The notes beneath the pieces were generated by a model, which saw nothing but the letters and a program-made list of their open reading frames with translations, ran no database searches and had not been told where the DNA came from. This document shows, one piece after another, positions 19,171 to 29,510 of a DNA stretch of 64,000 nucleotides (the stretch's first letter is position 1; every line of letters starts with the position of its first letter). The DNA comes from Eubacteriales bacterium (GTDB lineage Bacteria; Bacillota; Clostridia; Oscillospirales; CAG-272), in contig JAZNER010000071.1 of the NCBI GenBank assembly GCA_045588675.1, positions 4,122 to 68,121 on the forward strand, given 5' to 3'. The translations under genes and the position numbers were made by a program.

Positions 19171-20058
19171 TTATTCAATATTTTGAATTTGCTCTCTTAT
19201 TTTTTCCATCTCGGTCTTTGCTTCAACCACCAGATGAGCAATAGCCGAGTTTCCGCATTTCGAGCCTATCGTGTTTATCTCTCTGTTCATCTCCTGAACA
19301 AGAAAATCAAGGCTTCTTCCAACCGCTTCGTTTGATTTTAAGTAATCGTAAAACGCTACGAAGTGCGATTTCAAGCGGACAATTTCCTCGTCAATTGCGG
19401 CGCGGTCGGCGTAAATTGCACATTCTGTCAAAATGCGATTTTCATCAACCGTAATATTGTTGTCGGCAAGCACCGCCTTGATTTTCTCTTCAAGGCGAGA
19501 GCGATACCCGCCAATATCGTCGCGTGAAAGCACCTCAATCTCATCAACAACGGCGCGGATCTTCTCAATCTTTGCCGCGAGGTCGGCTTCGATCCTGCCT
19601 CCCTCCGCTGAGCGCGCATTGATGAATTTTTCAACGGCAGAGGCAATTACACTCTTCAGATCCTGCCAATCCTCTTCTATGTTTTCTTCAGCCTTTTTAA
19701 AGCTGAAAACCTCTCTGTCGCGGGCGACCTCCATAACCGAAACCTCGCCCGACAGCGAAAATTGCTCTTTTAGCTGTCTTAGCGCAGAGATATACTTTTC
19801 GGCGTAATCGGAATTTATGGCAATTTCCTCGCCGATCTTCTCTCCAAATTCAACATAAATACCGACATCGACCTTGCCTCGCATAATTCCCTTTTCCTGA
19901 AGGTAGGGCTTTATCCTCTGCTCAATCGGGGCATATATATGAGGCAATTTGATTTGGCAATCAAAATACCTGTTGTTGACTGACTTTATCTCAACCGTAA
20001 TATCCTTGCCGCCGACAGTCTGTCGGTCGCGTCCAAAGGCGGTCATACTTCTTAACAT
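19171..20058 (-). CDS. YicC/YloC-family endoribonuclease
   Basis: It has an MLRSMTAFGR start and the C-terminal DFLVQEMNREINTIGSK motif. GGAG lies 6 nt before the ATG at 20058. Confidence 0.88.
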   Translation of the reverse strand: MLRSMTAFGRDRQTVGGKDITVEIKSVNNRYFDCQIKLPHIYAPIEQRIKPYLQEKGIMRGKVDVGIYVEFGEKIGEEIAINSDYAEKYISALRQLKEQFSLSGEVSVMEVARDREVFSFKKAEENIEEDWQDLKSVIASAVEKFINARSAEGGRIEADLAAKIEKIRAVVDEIEVLSRDDIGGYRSRLEEKIKAVLADNNITVDENRILTECAIYADRAAIDEEIVRLKSHFVAFYDYLKSNEAVGRSLDFLVQEMNREINTIGSKCGNSAIAHLVVEAKTEMEKIREQIQNIE

Positions 20059-20172
20059 ATTTTTCTCCAAGCTGTGAGTGCTTTATTAAATAAAATTAAT
20101 TAAGCAATATAGTAATTTAACATTATTACAAAAGGGTATATATATTTATTTTAATACATTTTCTCCCTGTTG

Positions 20173-20694
20173 TCAAGACTTTTTGCTCTTAAAAACCAAA
20201 AGCTTACTGACAAGATAATTCGACACAAGAACAACAATTGAAACAATTATTTTTGTAAAAAACTCGGCGTCGAGCGTTACATTTAAAAGCCACAGAGAAA
20301 GTGACAGATCCTCGCCCCGCATTATTGCGTCAAAGGCCAAAATGCCAAGGTACGCCAGTACAACATCAAGCAAAAAGGTGAGCAATCTTCCGCCTGAAAA
20401 AACCAAAAGCTGCTTTAGCGTTGAAGCCTCTCTGTCAGCATCTGTAAAAACCCACTTTTTGTTTGTATAAAATGCAAACAGTACCGCAAGCACCCATTGT
20501 AGCACCTGCGCTATACTGTAAACCGCAATATACGCCCCGCTTTTCTTATCGTCAAGAGGAATTTGCAGGAGATGTTCGCTTACGACAAAGGTAAGATAAT
20601 ATGTCACAAGAGCTACGACTGTTGTAGCTACACCAAATACGATATATCTTATAATCTCGCCGTGCTTTTTATATAATTCCTTTATTTTGTTCAT
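20173..20694 (-). CDS. GtrA-family membrane protein
   Basis: 173 aa with four TM segments. The YIVFGVATTVV start and LLVF tail are typical of GtrA-like proteins. Confidence 0.75.
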   Translation of the reverse strand: MNKIKELYKKHGEIIRYIVFGVATTVVALVTYYLTFVVSEHLLQIPLDDKKSGAYIAVYSIAQVLQWVLAVLFAFYTNKKWVFTDADREASTLKQLLVFSGGRLLTFLLDVVLAYLGILAFDAIMRGEDLSLSLWLLNVTLDAEFFTKIIVSIVVLVSNYLVSKLLVFKSKKS

Positions 20695-20704
20695 TAAAAA
20701 TCAA

Positions 20705-22156
20705 TTATCCAATCTTAAAGGTAGTACCTGCCGATGTGTCAATCAAAGTAACGTTTTTCTCAGCCAGATACTGTCTTATGCGGTCTGCCTCGGCGAAATT
20801 CTTATCCTTCTTTGCTTGCTTTCTCTTTTCAATCAAATCAAGTATCTCAACAACCAGAGGGTCACTCATATCATATTCGGGAGTAGCATTTTTCTTTGCC
20901 TCCTCTGCCTGTCTTTCTGCTCTCATTTTGTCAGCCGCAGAGATAAGGCCTACCGACAGCACCTTATCAAAATCGGCAACAAGAGCAAGCTTTGTTTTGC
21001 CGTTTGTTTTGAGCTTGAGAACATCATAAAGCGCGGTAATTGCGAGAGAGGTATTGAGGTCATTGTCAAGCGCATCGGTAAATTTCTTCTTGCCCTCGGC
21101 AAACGCCGCCTCGTCAAGCTCTCCGTCACATGGGTCAAGCTGGGCAAGACGGGTAACGAATTTATTGTATGCAACAGTTGCGTTGTCAAGGTTTTCATAT
21201 GTGAAGACCAAATTCTTTCTATAATGCGACTGCAAGCAGAAGAACCTGTATGCAAGTGGATTATAGCCCTTTGATTCAAGCAAGGAAACTGTCAAAAATT
21301 CACCTGTTGACTTTGACATTTTACCCGAATTTGTGTTTAAATGAAGAACGTGGAACCAATATTTGCACCACTTATGTCCTAAATAGGCCTCAGATTGAGC
21401 AATCTCATTCGTATGGTGTGGGAATGCGTTGTCAATTCCGCCGCAATGGATATCAAGGTACTCCCCAAGATATTTCATGCTTATTCCCGAGCACTCGATA
21501 TGCCAACCGGGGTAACCTATCCCCCAAGGAGAATCCCATTTGAGCTCCTGGTCATCAAACTTTGATTTTGTAAACCAAAGCACAAAGTCCGCCTTATTCT
21601 TCTTGTTGTCATCGCCCTCAACGCCCTCGCGAACTCCAACCTCAAGGTCTTCCTCGGAAAAATCGTTGAAAACATAGTACTGCTCAAGCTTTGAGGTGTC
21701 AAAGTAAACATTTCCGCCTGCTACATAGGCAAAGCCCTTATCAAGCAAGCCCTGAACAAGCTCAATAAACTCAGCGATACAGCCTGTCGCAGGCTGAACT
21801 GTGTTTGGTATCTTAATATTCAATTTAGCGCAATCCGCAAAGAATGCGTCTGTGTAGAATTTCGCTATTTCAAGCACGCTCTTGCGCTCTCTTTTAGCGC
21901 CCTTGAGCATTTTGTCCTCGCCCGTATCCCCGTCGCTTGAAAGGTGTCCGACGTCGGTGATATTCATTACTCGGTTAACCTCATAGCCTGTGTAGGAGAG
22001 ATATTTTTCAAGAATGTCCTCCATTATATATGTGCGAAGATTTCCTATGTGCGCAAAGTGATAAACAGTAGGTCCGCAGGTGTACATACTGACCTTGCCC
22101 GCCTCGCGCGAAACAAATTCTTCTCTTTTTCTTGTGAGTGAATTGTAAAGTAACAT
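20705..22156 (-). CDS. cysS: Cysteine--tRNA ligase
   Basis: 483 aa. Class I signatures are the HIGH-like HFAHIGN and KMSKS. The PGWHIEC zinc site is also present. Confidence 0.95.
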   Translation of the reverse strand: MLLYNSLTRKREEFVSREAGKVSMYTCGPTVYHFAHIGNLRTYIMEDILEKYLSYTGYEVNRVMNITDVGHLSSDGDTGEDKMLKGAKRERKSVLEIAKFYTDAFFADCAKLNIKIPNTVQPATGCIAEFIELVQGLLDKGFAYVAGGNVYFDTSKLEQYYVFNDFSEEDLEVGVREGVEGDDNKKNKADFVLWFTKSKFDDQELKWDSPWGIGYPGWHIECSGISMKYLGEYLDIHCGGIDNAFPHHTNEIAQSEAYLGHKWCKYWFHVLHLNTNSGKMSKSTGEFLTVSLLESKGYNPLAYRFFCLQSHYRKNLVFTYENLDNATVAYNKFVTRLAQLDPCDGELDEAAFAEGKKKFTDALDNDLNTSLAITALYDVLKLKTNGKTKLALVADFDKVLSVGLISAADKMRAERQAEEAKKNATPEYDMSDPLVVEILDLIEKRKQAKKDKNFAEADRIRQYLAEKNVTLIDTSAGTTFKIG

Positions 22157-22180
22157 AATTATATCTCCAAGTCAAATAAT

Positions 22181-23056
22181 TTAATTCAAAGTCAAGTCAG
22201 ACATATTCATAAGTCTTTCTGCCGCCGACAAAATCCTTTTGCCGAGGTCGGCTCTGACAGCCGCCTTGCCCGAGAGCGCCCACGCGCTTACCTCAACATC
22301 TAAAATACCCGAAAAATCAGATGCTTTAATTCCTTGGGCAACATCAGACCAATCAATCAAGCCCTCAAACGGCACAAGGTGCTTATCCTTAACACCGTCG
22401 TTATCGTGGATATGTAAAATATCAATCCTATTTTTCAAAATCTCCATTTGCTCTGATATTTTATATCCGCTCACATTGGCGTGTCCGACATCAAAGCAGA
22501 CACCAACAGAAAGCTTTTCGGCAAGAGATGAGATATTGATTGCGCAAGAGCCGTAAAGATGGTCGCCCTCGGCCTCTCTCATCCTGTCACTCGGCATATT
22601 TTCGATACAGATTTTAACTCCCCGTCCTTTAGCATATTCGACTATCGGCAAGAGAAATTTCATATTGGCTCTGACCCAATCTCCGTATTTTACCTTTGAG
22701 GAATAAAGGGCAATCGGGTGAGCGACCGCAAGCTTAATTCCCATAAATGCCGCCGCGTCTATTCCGCATTTGAGCGTCTTTGAGTATTGCTCCATAAGAA
22801 GCTCATTGTCGGGTGAGGGCATATAAAACGAGAGGTGGCACGCAGGTATTTCTATCTTCTTTTCCTTGGCTTTTTTAGCAACGCTGTAAAGCACGCTGTG
22901 ATAGCCGTCGTCAAGATAATTAAGCTTCTCAAACGACATATCTATCGCGCCTATTCCTGTCTTTTCAAAATAGTCGATCATCGCCGTATAAGAAAATTTA
23001 CCGCCCGGATAATCCTCATATATTCTTGACGGCGCGCAAAGAATAATTTTTTTCAA
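22181..23056 (-). CDS. Sugar phosphate isomerase/epimerase (xylose isomerase-like TIM barrel)
   Basis: 291 aa. The blocks ICIENM, CFDVGHAN and LHIHDN are typical of the AP_endonuc_2/TIM-barrel family. Confidence 0.7.
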   Translation of the reverse strand: MKKIILCAPSRIYEDYPGGKFSYTAMIDYFEKTGIGAIDMSFEKLNYLDDGYHSVLYSVAKKAKEKKIEIPACHLSFYMPSPDNELLMEQYSKTLKCGIDAAAFMGIKLAVAHPIALYSSKVKYGDWVRANMKFLLPIVEYAKGRGVKICIENMPSDRMREAEGDHLYGSCAINISSLAEKLSVGVCFDVGHANVSGYKISEQMEILKNRIDILHIHDNDGVKDKHLVPFEGLIDWSDVAQGIKASDFSGILDVEVSAWALSGKAAVRADLGKRILSAAERLMNMSDLTLN

Positions 23057-23262
23057 GTATAGCCCTCCTCTCCTAAATTCTTTTTATTTATATATAAATA
23101 AAACTCCATCTTATATTATATCAAAAACGAAAGGCTTTGTCAACTTAAATTAAGTCGTTTTTCAAATAATCTTCGATAAAATTTCTGCTCGATCATACAG
23201 ATTAATGCAAAAATTGTACAAAAAGCCATTCTTTATACTATTAAAATTCTGCTATAAGGCTA

Positions 23263-23291
23263 TTGACAAACCGTTGCGTTTATTGTATAAT
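23263..23291 (+). promoter_or_regulatory. Sigma-A-type promoter for the alcohol dehydrogenase gene
   Basis: TTGACA (23263-23268), a 17-bp spacer, then TATAAT (23286-23291). Confidence 0.5.
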
Positions 23292-23390
23292 TTAAAATAG
23301 TATAGTAGGCGCAATTATAATAGCTTTTCTATTCTGTAAGACAACCATCACTGAGAAATGACCTTGACCGTCATTTGCGAAAGGAAGCAT

Positions 23391-24548
23391 ATGCAAAGCT
23401 TTAATTTACACACCGCGATACACTTTGGCGCAAACTCTTTAACCCGTCTTGCCCAAATAGATTTCAAAAAAGTATTTATCGTATCCGACCCGTTTGTTGT
23501 TTCAAGCGGTCTTATAAAAAATGTAACCAAGCACCTCGACACTATAGGTGCAGATTACACCGTATATTCAAATGTTGTTCCCGATCCCACTATGGATAAG
23601 GTGGTTGAGGGTGTCACCGCGCTTATGCAGGACAAAGCGCCCTGTGTTATTGCAGTAGGCGGCGGCTCGGCAATCGACCTGACAAAATGTATCCGTCAGT
23701 TTGCCAACAAAATCGACACCTCTTATTTCCCATACTTTATCGCAATTCCCACAACCAGCGGTACGGGCAGTGAGGTTACGGCCTTTGCGGTGGTTACCGA
23801 TACCGAGAAAAATATCAAGCACGCTTTGATCGATAACAAGTTGCTTCCCGAGGAAGCGATCCTTGACGTAGATATGGTCAAGAGCGTTCCCGCAAGCATT
23901 ACGGCAGATACAGGTCTTGATGTTCTCACTCACTCGATTGAAGCTTATGTAAGCACAAACGCAACGGCGTTTTCCGATATTTATTCAAAAAAAGCAACAC
24001 AGGTTTGTAAGGATTACCTTGTTCGCTCATATAATTACGAGCTTAATACAAGCGATGTTATCGCAAGAGAAAAAATGCACTTTGCATCAAACCTTGCAGG
24101 TATTGCCTTCAATGCCGCGTCCCTCGGACTTAATCACGGTATGGCACACCAGCTCGGCGCGCAGTTCCACATTCCTCACGGACGCGCAAACGCAATCCTC
24201 CTTCCGACAATTATCAGCTATAATACGGGTATTGAAAGCACAACAATGTCCTTGACAAATCTTTCGCCCTGCATTAAAAAATACGCTAAGCTGGCAAGAT
24301 ATATCGGGGTTGGAAGCTACAACGACATAGCTTCGGTAAAAACACTTATGAACTACATAGATGAGCTCCGTATTCAGATGAATGTTCCTCGTTGCATAAG
24401 AGATGCCGCTCCCAATATCACCATGGATGAATATATGTCCAAGGTTGAGGATATGGCAGAGGCTGCACTCCATGACAGATGCACTCCCACAAACCCAAGA
24501 GTACCCACAAAGCAAGAGGTTATAGCTCTGTTTGAAAAGATATTCTGA
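23391..24548 (+). CDS. Iron-containing (group III) alcohol dehydrogenase
   Basis: Contains GGGSAIDLTK, the TTSGTGSEVT nucleotide loop and His-rich metal motifs (NHGMAHQLGAQFHIPHGRAN). I chose the Met at 23391. Confidence 0.88.
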   Translation: MQSFNLHTAIHFGANSLTRLAQIDFKKVFIVSDPFVVSSGLIKNVTKHLDTIGADYTVYSNVVPDPTMDKVVEGVTALMQDKAPCVIAVGGGSAIDLTKCIRQFANKIDTSYFPYFIAIPTTSGTGSEVTAFAVVTDTEKNIKHALIDNKLLPEEAILDVDMVKSVPASITADTGLDVLTHSIEAYVSTNATAFSDIYSKKATQVCKDYLVRSYNYELNTSDVIAREKMHFASNLAGIAFNAASLGLNHGMAHQLGAQFHIPHGRANAILLPTIISYNTGIESTTMSLTNLSPCIKKYAKLARYIGVGSYNDIASVKTLMNYIDELRIQMNVPRCIRDAAPNITMDEYMSKVEDMAEAALHDRCTPTNPRVPTKQEVIALFEKIF

Positions 24549-24599
24549 TTTAAATAGCTTTACAAAAAAGCGGTTGAGCAAATGCTCAACCGCTTTTTA

Positions 24600-25757
24600 T
24601 CATATTACTCTTACACGCATAATTCCTTCGATTTGCGAAAGCTTTTCGCGAGATGCGCTTGAAACCTCAACGTTTGTATCAAGCAAGGTATATGCCACAT
24701 CTCCGCGCGACTTGTTTGTAAGGTTTTCAATATTAATTCCCTCTTGAGAGCAAATTGAAGTAATATTGGAAATCATAGCAGGAATGTTCTTATGAAGAAC
24801 ACAAAGACGTGATGTGCCTGTGCGAGGCATCGACACCGCGGGGAAGTTTACGCTGTTGCGGATATTTCCGTTTGCGATATAATCAGACAGCTCCTGCGCC
24901 GCCATAACCGCACAGTTGTCCTCACTTTCCTCAGTAGATGCTCCAAGGTGAGGGATTGCAACAACACCCGAAACATTCAAAAGCTCAGCACTTGGGAAGT
25001 CGGTAACATAAGCCGCTACCTTACCCGAAGCAAGTGCTTCCTTTATGTCGTCGGCAACGACCAGATCTCCCCTTGCAAAGTTGAGAATTCTGACGCCGTC
25101 CTTCATTTTCGCAATAGTTTCTTTATTGATCATTCCCTTTGTCTGAGGAGTTGAGGGAACGTGGAGCGTTATATAATCAGAGCAAGCGTAAATATCGTCA
25201 TATGTAGCCGCCTTGTTGATGTGATGGTTCAAATTCCAAGCCGCTTCAACAGACAGGAAGGGGTCACAGCCAACAACGTCCATACGGAGATGCACAGCGG
25301 TGTTTGCAACCATTCCGCCAATCGCTCCAAGACCGATTACACCGAGTGTTTTTCCTGCAACCTCAACACCTGCGAAGTTGCCCTTGCCCTTTTCAACCTG
25401 CTTTGCAACGTCATCCTTCAATCCGTTTGCCCATTGAACTCCGCCCACAACATTACGGGACGCAAGCATAAGTCCGCAAATAACAAGCTCCTTTACCGCA
25501 TTGGCATTTGCACCCGGAGTGTTGAAAACTACAATTCCCGCCTCAGTGCAACGGTCGATCGGGATATTGTTGACGCCTGCACCCGCGCGGGCAATCGCGC
25601 GAAGCTCGGGGTTAAACTCCATTTCAAGCATATTTGCCGAGCGAACCATTATTCCGTATGGCGCGTCAACATCCTCGCCTACATTAAACAGCTTGCGGTC
25701 GAGCTTATCCGTGCCGACCTTGGCTATTTTGTTTAAAAGCTTTATATTCTTAATCAT
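24600..25757 (-). CDS. serA: D-3-phosphoglycerate dehydrogenase with a C-terminal ACT-like domain
   Basis: 385 aa. The Rossmann motif is GVIGLGAIGGMVA, with the GASTEESE block. It lies next to serC. Confidence 0.88.
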   Translation of the reverse strand: MIKNIKLLNKIAKVGTDKLDRKLFNVGEDVDAPYGIMVRSANMLEMEFNPELRAIARAGAGVNNIPIDRCTEAGIVVFNTPGANANAVKELVICGLMLASRNVVGGVQWANGLKDDVAKQVEKGKGNFAGVEVAGKTLGVIGLGAIGGMVANTAVHLRMDVVGCDPFLSVEAAWNLNHHINKAATYDDIYACSDYITLHVPSTPQTKGMINKETIAKMKDGVRILNFARGDLVVADDIKEALASGKVAAYVTDFPSAELLNVSGVVAIPHLGASTEESEDNCAVMAAQELSDYIANGNIRNSVNFPAVSMPRTGTSRLCVLHKNIPAMISNITSICSQEGINIENLTNKSRGDVAYTLLDTNVEVSSASREKLSQIEGIMRVRVI

Positions 25758-25781
25758 AGCATTAATTCCCTTTCAAAATGA

Positions 25782-26879
25782 TTACGCCTTTGGGTTTTCC
25801 TCGGCAAACTTCTTCATAAAGGCAACGAGCGCCTCAACTCCCTCGTAAGGCATAGCGTTGTAAATTGAAGCTCTCATACCGCCAACGGAACGGTGTCCCT
25901 TGAGGTTTTTAAGTCCTGCCTTGCCTGCCTCGCTTGCGAACTTCTTGTCAAGCTCCGCGTCGCCCGTTACGAATGTTACATTCATCATAGAGCGAGAGCT
26001 TTTCTTGACAGGAGCTGTGTAATAATCCTGACTGTCAAGATAATCGTAAAGAAGATTTGCCTTCTTTTCGTTCATCTTCTTCATCTCGTCAAGACCGCCG
26101 AGGCTCTCTATCCAATCATAAACAAGTCCTGCCATATAAATCGCATAGCAAGGAGGAGTGTTATACATTGAGTCGTTATCAGCCATAACCTTCCAGTCAA
26201 GCATAGTGGGAGCATTCTCTTCACAAAGACCGAGCAAGTCCTCACGCACGATTACAAGTGTAAGTCCTGCGGGAGCCATATTCTTTTGCGCGCCTGCATA
26301 AATCACACCGAATTTTGTTACATCAACAGGCTCTGAAATAATGCAGGAGGAAAGGTCAGCAACAAGTGGAACATCTCCGCAGTCGGGAATATAGGAATAC
26401 TTTGTTCCGTAAATCGTATTGTTAAAGCAGATATGCAAGTAAGATGCGTCCTGGTCAACCATATCCTTGGTTATTGTGGGAACATGGTCAAAATTATCGT
26501 CCTTTGTCGTTGCGATACACTTTACATTGTAGCCCATCTTCTGAGCTTCCTTATACGCCTTGCCCGAGAACTGTCCCGACACTGCATAAAGTCCCTTCTT
26601 TGAGGGAGCGCGATTAATCAGGTTAAGCGGAACACAGGAGAACTGTGTAGAAGCTCCGCCCTGAAGGAATAGCACCTTATAATTATCGGGAATGTTCATA
26701 AGAGAGCGCAATTTTTTCTCTGCCGCCTCAATAATTGCCTCATAGTCGGGTGAGCGGTGGCTCATCTCCATAACCGACATACCCGAGGAGCCGTAACAAA
26801 CGAGCTCGTCTGCCGCGCGCTCAAGTACGGGGAGCGGAAGCATAGAAGGACCTGCTGAAAAGTTAAATACTCTGTTCAT
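25782..26879 (-). CDS. serC: Phosphoserine aminotransferase
   Basis: It has an MNRVFNFSAGPSMLP start and the blocks MSHRSPDY and GAQKNMAPAGLT. GGAGG precedes the ATG at 26879; the ORF is open to 26954. Confidence 0.93.
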   Translation of the reverse strand: MNRVFNFSAGPSMLPLPVLERAADELVCYGSSGMSVMEMSHRSPDYEAIIEAAEKKLRSLMNIPDNYKVLFLQGGASTQFSCVPLNLINRAPSKKGLYAVSGQFSGKAYKEAQKMGYNVKCIATTKDDNFDHVPTITKDMVDQDASYLHICFNNTIYGTKYSYIPDCGDVPLVADLSSCIISEPVDVTKFGVIYAGAQKNMAPAGLTLVIVREDLLGLCEENAPTMLDWKVMADNDSMYNTPPCYAIYMAGLVYDWIESLGGLDEMKKMNEKKANLLYDYLDSQDYYTAPVKKSSRSMMNVTFVTGDAELDKKFASEAGKAGLKNLKGHRSVGGMRASIYNAMPYEGVEALVAFMKKFAEENPKA

Positions 26880-27065
26880 AATATTGAACCTCCGATTTTT
26901 GTTAGAAATATTAGAAATTATTACTATTATATACCTATTTTTTTGTTTCGTCAAGAGATTTTATCAAATTAAAGCACTAAACTGTCAATATTTGTAGAAA
27001 CTTACACAAAACTTTTTTGTGTGAAAATAATTTTGTTAATTTTGTTGCAGAAAACAAGGCGAAAC

Positions 27066-27095
27066 ACAAAAGGGCAGAAAATTCTGCCCTCTTTT
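27066..27095 (-). terminator. Intrinsic terminator after the small membrane protein gene
   Basis: Stem AGGGCAGA/TCTGCCCT has A-run and T-run flanks. Confidence 0.6.
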
Positions 27096-27097
27096 AA

Positions 27098-27334
27098 TTA
27101 TTCCTCGTCGTCCTTGATAACGATTTCCTCTTCGACCTCTTTGTTTGCATTTTCGTCAATGTGAAGAGCCTTCGTCACCTTTTTCTTTGCGCGTCTTACA
27201 AAAATTACAACAGCCGCGCCAAGCGCAATTGCAACGGTGCTTATTGAAACAAGCAGAGTTGAAACGGCTGACGGGTCTATATATGCCGCGTTTACATTAG
27301 TCAAAAGCTGTTTTGCCAAATCAAAAATAAACAT
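27098..27334 (-). CDS. Small single-pass membrane protein with an acidic tail (hypothetical)
   Basis: 78 aa. AGAGGAAAAG lies before the ATG. It has one TM segment (LLVSISTVAIALGAAVVIFV) and an EVEEEIVIKDDEE tail. Confidence 0.55.
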   Translation of the reverse strand: MFIFDLAKQLLTNVNAAYIDPSAVSTLLVSISTVAIALGAAVVIFVRRAKKKVTKALHIDENANKEVEEEIVIKDDEE

Positions 27335-27420
27335 TTTCTTTTCCTCTTTGATAATCTTTATAATTTTAACCTGTAAGTCTAATTATATCACCGCAAAAGG
27401 TCTTTGTCAACAAAAATATT

Positions 27421-29490
27421 CTATTTGCCGCTTGATTTTTTCCCTGTCAGCTTACTAAGGATATACCTCGCTCCGACCTTGTTTGACGAGCCTACATTAT
27501 AAACCGCGCACTCGAGCGCTCTGTTTATCTTATCCTCATATTCTGTGCCGTTTTCGAGCATTTCGGAGATGTATCTGCTAATATTTTTGACCTCGTCCTT
27601 TTCAATAGAAATGCCGATTTCGTCACGCAAGGTAATCTCAATAGGCTCACAGCCTATCTTCTCCCAGTTTTCATTCAAAACCTTCATTTTGGTATTGATA
27701 AACAGCGTCGGTCGTTTTGTTGCAAAGCTGAACTCAAACGAAATTCCCGACCAGTCGGTAATCATTATATCCGAAGAGTAAATTGACTTATTGCTTGAAA
27801 AATCAAGCTCAAAGGTAAGCCCCTCGCCAACCTTATCTGCCCACTTGTCAACCGTCGCCTGCATTCTTGCTCCGTATCTCTTGACATATTCGGGGTGAGG
27901 ACGGACTGTAATGTGATAATCGTCGCACAGCAAGCCCTCGAGAAGTGTATCAATACACGAGTCAAGAATATTGTCCTCGTTCCATGTCGGAGCAATCAAT
28001 ATCTCTTTTCTTCCGCTTGTTTTATGAGTTTTCCTTTCGGCTTCTCCGACCTCGATCAAGTCGTCAAGTAAGGGGTAGCCAAATTCGACAAGCTCCTTTT
28101 CCTTCAAGCCGTAACACTTTTCTGTCGCTCTGACCTCACGGGCAATATGCTCACCTGCACAGAAAACCGTATCAAAGGCGTCAAGCGAGCCCTCTCTCAT
28201 TCCCATATGCATACTCATAAGCGCGTGAGGAATGTAAACATACTCAATGTCGTTGCTCATAATCGACCTTTTAAGATAATATTTATCAAGATCGGGCGTC
28301 GTCATAACTATCATATCACATTCAAGCTTCATCATAAGCGGAATCGTCTTTTTAACGCCGATATAGTAAGGCTTGATTTGCTTATTGCTCTTGGCAATCT
28401 CAAAAATTACATCATTCGGGTCATTTGTAACATAGTGGATTATAATGCTTGACCTTTTTGTCAGCTCCTCAATAAGTCCCTTGAAATACTTATAAAATCC
28501 GCTCTTTTCGGAATAAATTACAAGGTGCTTGTTGACGATCTTGAAAAATCTCCTGTAATCCTGACGCTCTCTCCTTTTGTTCTCGCGCGCACTCGGGTCT
28601 TTTTTATCCTTAGGCTCAAGCTCCTCAAGCCTGCGAAGCTCCTCACGGCTTCTCTCAAGCGCGGGGTAATCAACATATTTTTTCGGATTGATAACAGCGT
28701 TCAAGATGTAAAGCTGGAGCACCGACAAAACATTTCCCGCGATCCAATAAAGCGCAATTCCCGCAGGCACGAAGCAACCGAGATAAACCGACAGACAGAC
28801 CGAAAAGACCATAATTCCGTATTGGTTCCATTTTCCCTGCTCGTGCTGAAGAACATTCGCCCTGTTTTGCGCAAAGCACAAATAAAACGAGGACGCTCCC
28901 GCGATTACAGGCACAAGCGAATAAATTCCCCAAACCGCCACAGGCACCGATGTCAGATCAAGAGATAAAAATGACAGGTCAAGCGTTCTTATCGCCTCGC
29001 TGTAAGCAGAAAAATCAATTATGTTCGGAATGCTTTTCCACTGTCTGATTATTTGAAGCTCATAGGACGACGACTCCGTGCTTATCTTCAAAATATCCGC
29101 CATCTGCAACACTGTCGCCTCATCAATACCCAAAAGATATGTCAGGGGTCTGTTTATAATGTAAACCACACCCAAAAGCAAGAGGATTTGCAAAAGCAGT
29201 GGCACGAGAGATAGCATTGGGCGGTATTTTGCCTTTTTGAAGAGCTTTGCCTGCTCCTCGGCAATCGTATCTCCGTCGCCGTAATATTTAACCTTTAAAA
29301 AGTTGATTTCGGGCTGAATCTTTACCATCAGAATAGAATTCTTATGAATCCAGACCGAAAGAGGCAAAAGTACGATTTTAGTCACCAGAGTGAAAAGCAA
29401 AATCGCTATTCCGTAATTCCCTACTATCTCCCAGCACAGCTTCATCAGCGCTCCGAGAGGAATACAAATATAATATAAAAGCGTATCCAT
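27421..29490 (-). CDS. Fusion protein: YidC/Oxa1-type membrane insertase domain plus CDP-glycerol glycerophosphotransferase (TagB/TagF-like) domain
   Basis: The N-terminal half has YidC blocks NYGIAILLFTLVTKIVLLPLS, IQPEINFLKVKY and AGIALYWIAGNVLSVLQ. The C-terminal half has TagF-like blocks ILIAPTWNED, VRPHPE and ITDWSGISFEF. Confidence 0.7.
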   Translation of the reverse strand: MDTLLYYICIPLGALMKLCWEIVGNYGIAILLFTLVTKIVLLPLSVWIHKNSILMVKIQPEINFLKVKYYGDGDTIAEEQAKLFKKAKYRPMLSLVPLLLQILLLLGVVYIINRPLTYLLGIDEATVLQMADILKISTESSSYELQIIRQWKSIPNIIDFSAYSEAIRTLDLSFLSLDLTSVPVAVWGIYSLVPVIAGASSFYLCFAQNRANVLQHEQGKWNQYGIMVFSVCLSVYLGCFVPAGIALYWIAGNVLSVLQLYILNAVINPKKYVDYPALERSREELRRLEELEPKDKKDPSARENKRRERQDYRRFFKIVNKHLVIYSEKSGFYKYFKGLIEELTKRSSIIIHYVTNDPNDVIFEIAKSNKQIKPYYIGVKKTIPLMMKLECDMIVMTTPDLDKYYLKRSIMSNDIEYVYIPHALMSMHMGMREGSLDAFDTVFCAGEHIAREVRATEKCYGLKEKELVEFGYPLLDDLIEVGEAERKTHKTSGRKEILIAPTWNEDNILDSCIDTLLEGLLCDDYHITVRPHPEYVKRYGARMQATVDKWADKVGEGLTFELDFSSNKSIYSSDIMITDWSGISFEFSFATKRPTLFINTKMKVLNENWEKIGCEPIEITLRDEIGISIEKDEVKNISRYISEMLENGTEYEDKINRALECAVYNVGSSNKVGARYILSKLTGKKSSGK

Positions 29491-29510
29491 TTATCTTCTC
29501 CGCCACAAAT

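Noticed and set aside
20687-21274. 195-aa plus-strand ORF.
   Set aside because: It is antisense to cysS and has no independent support.
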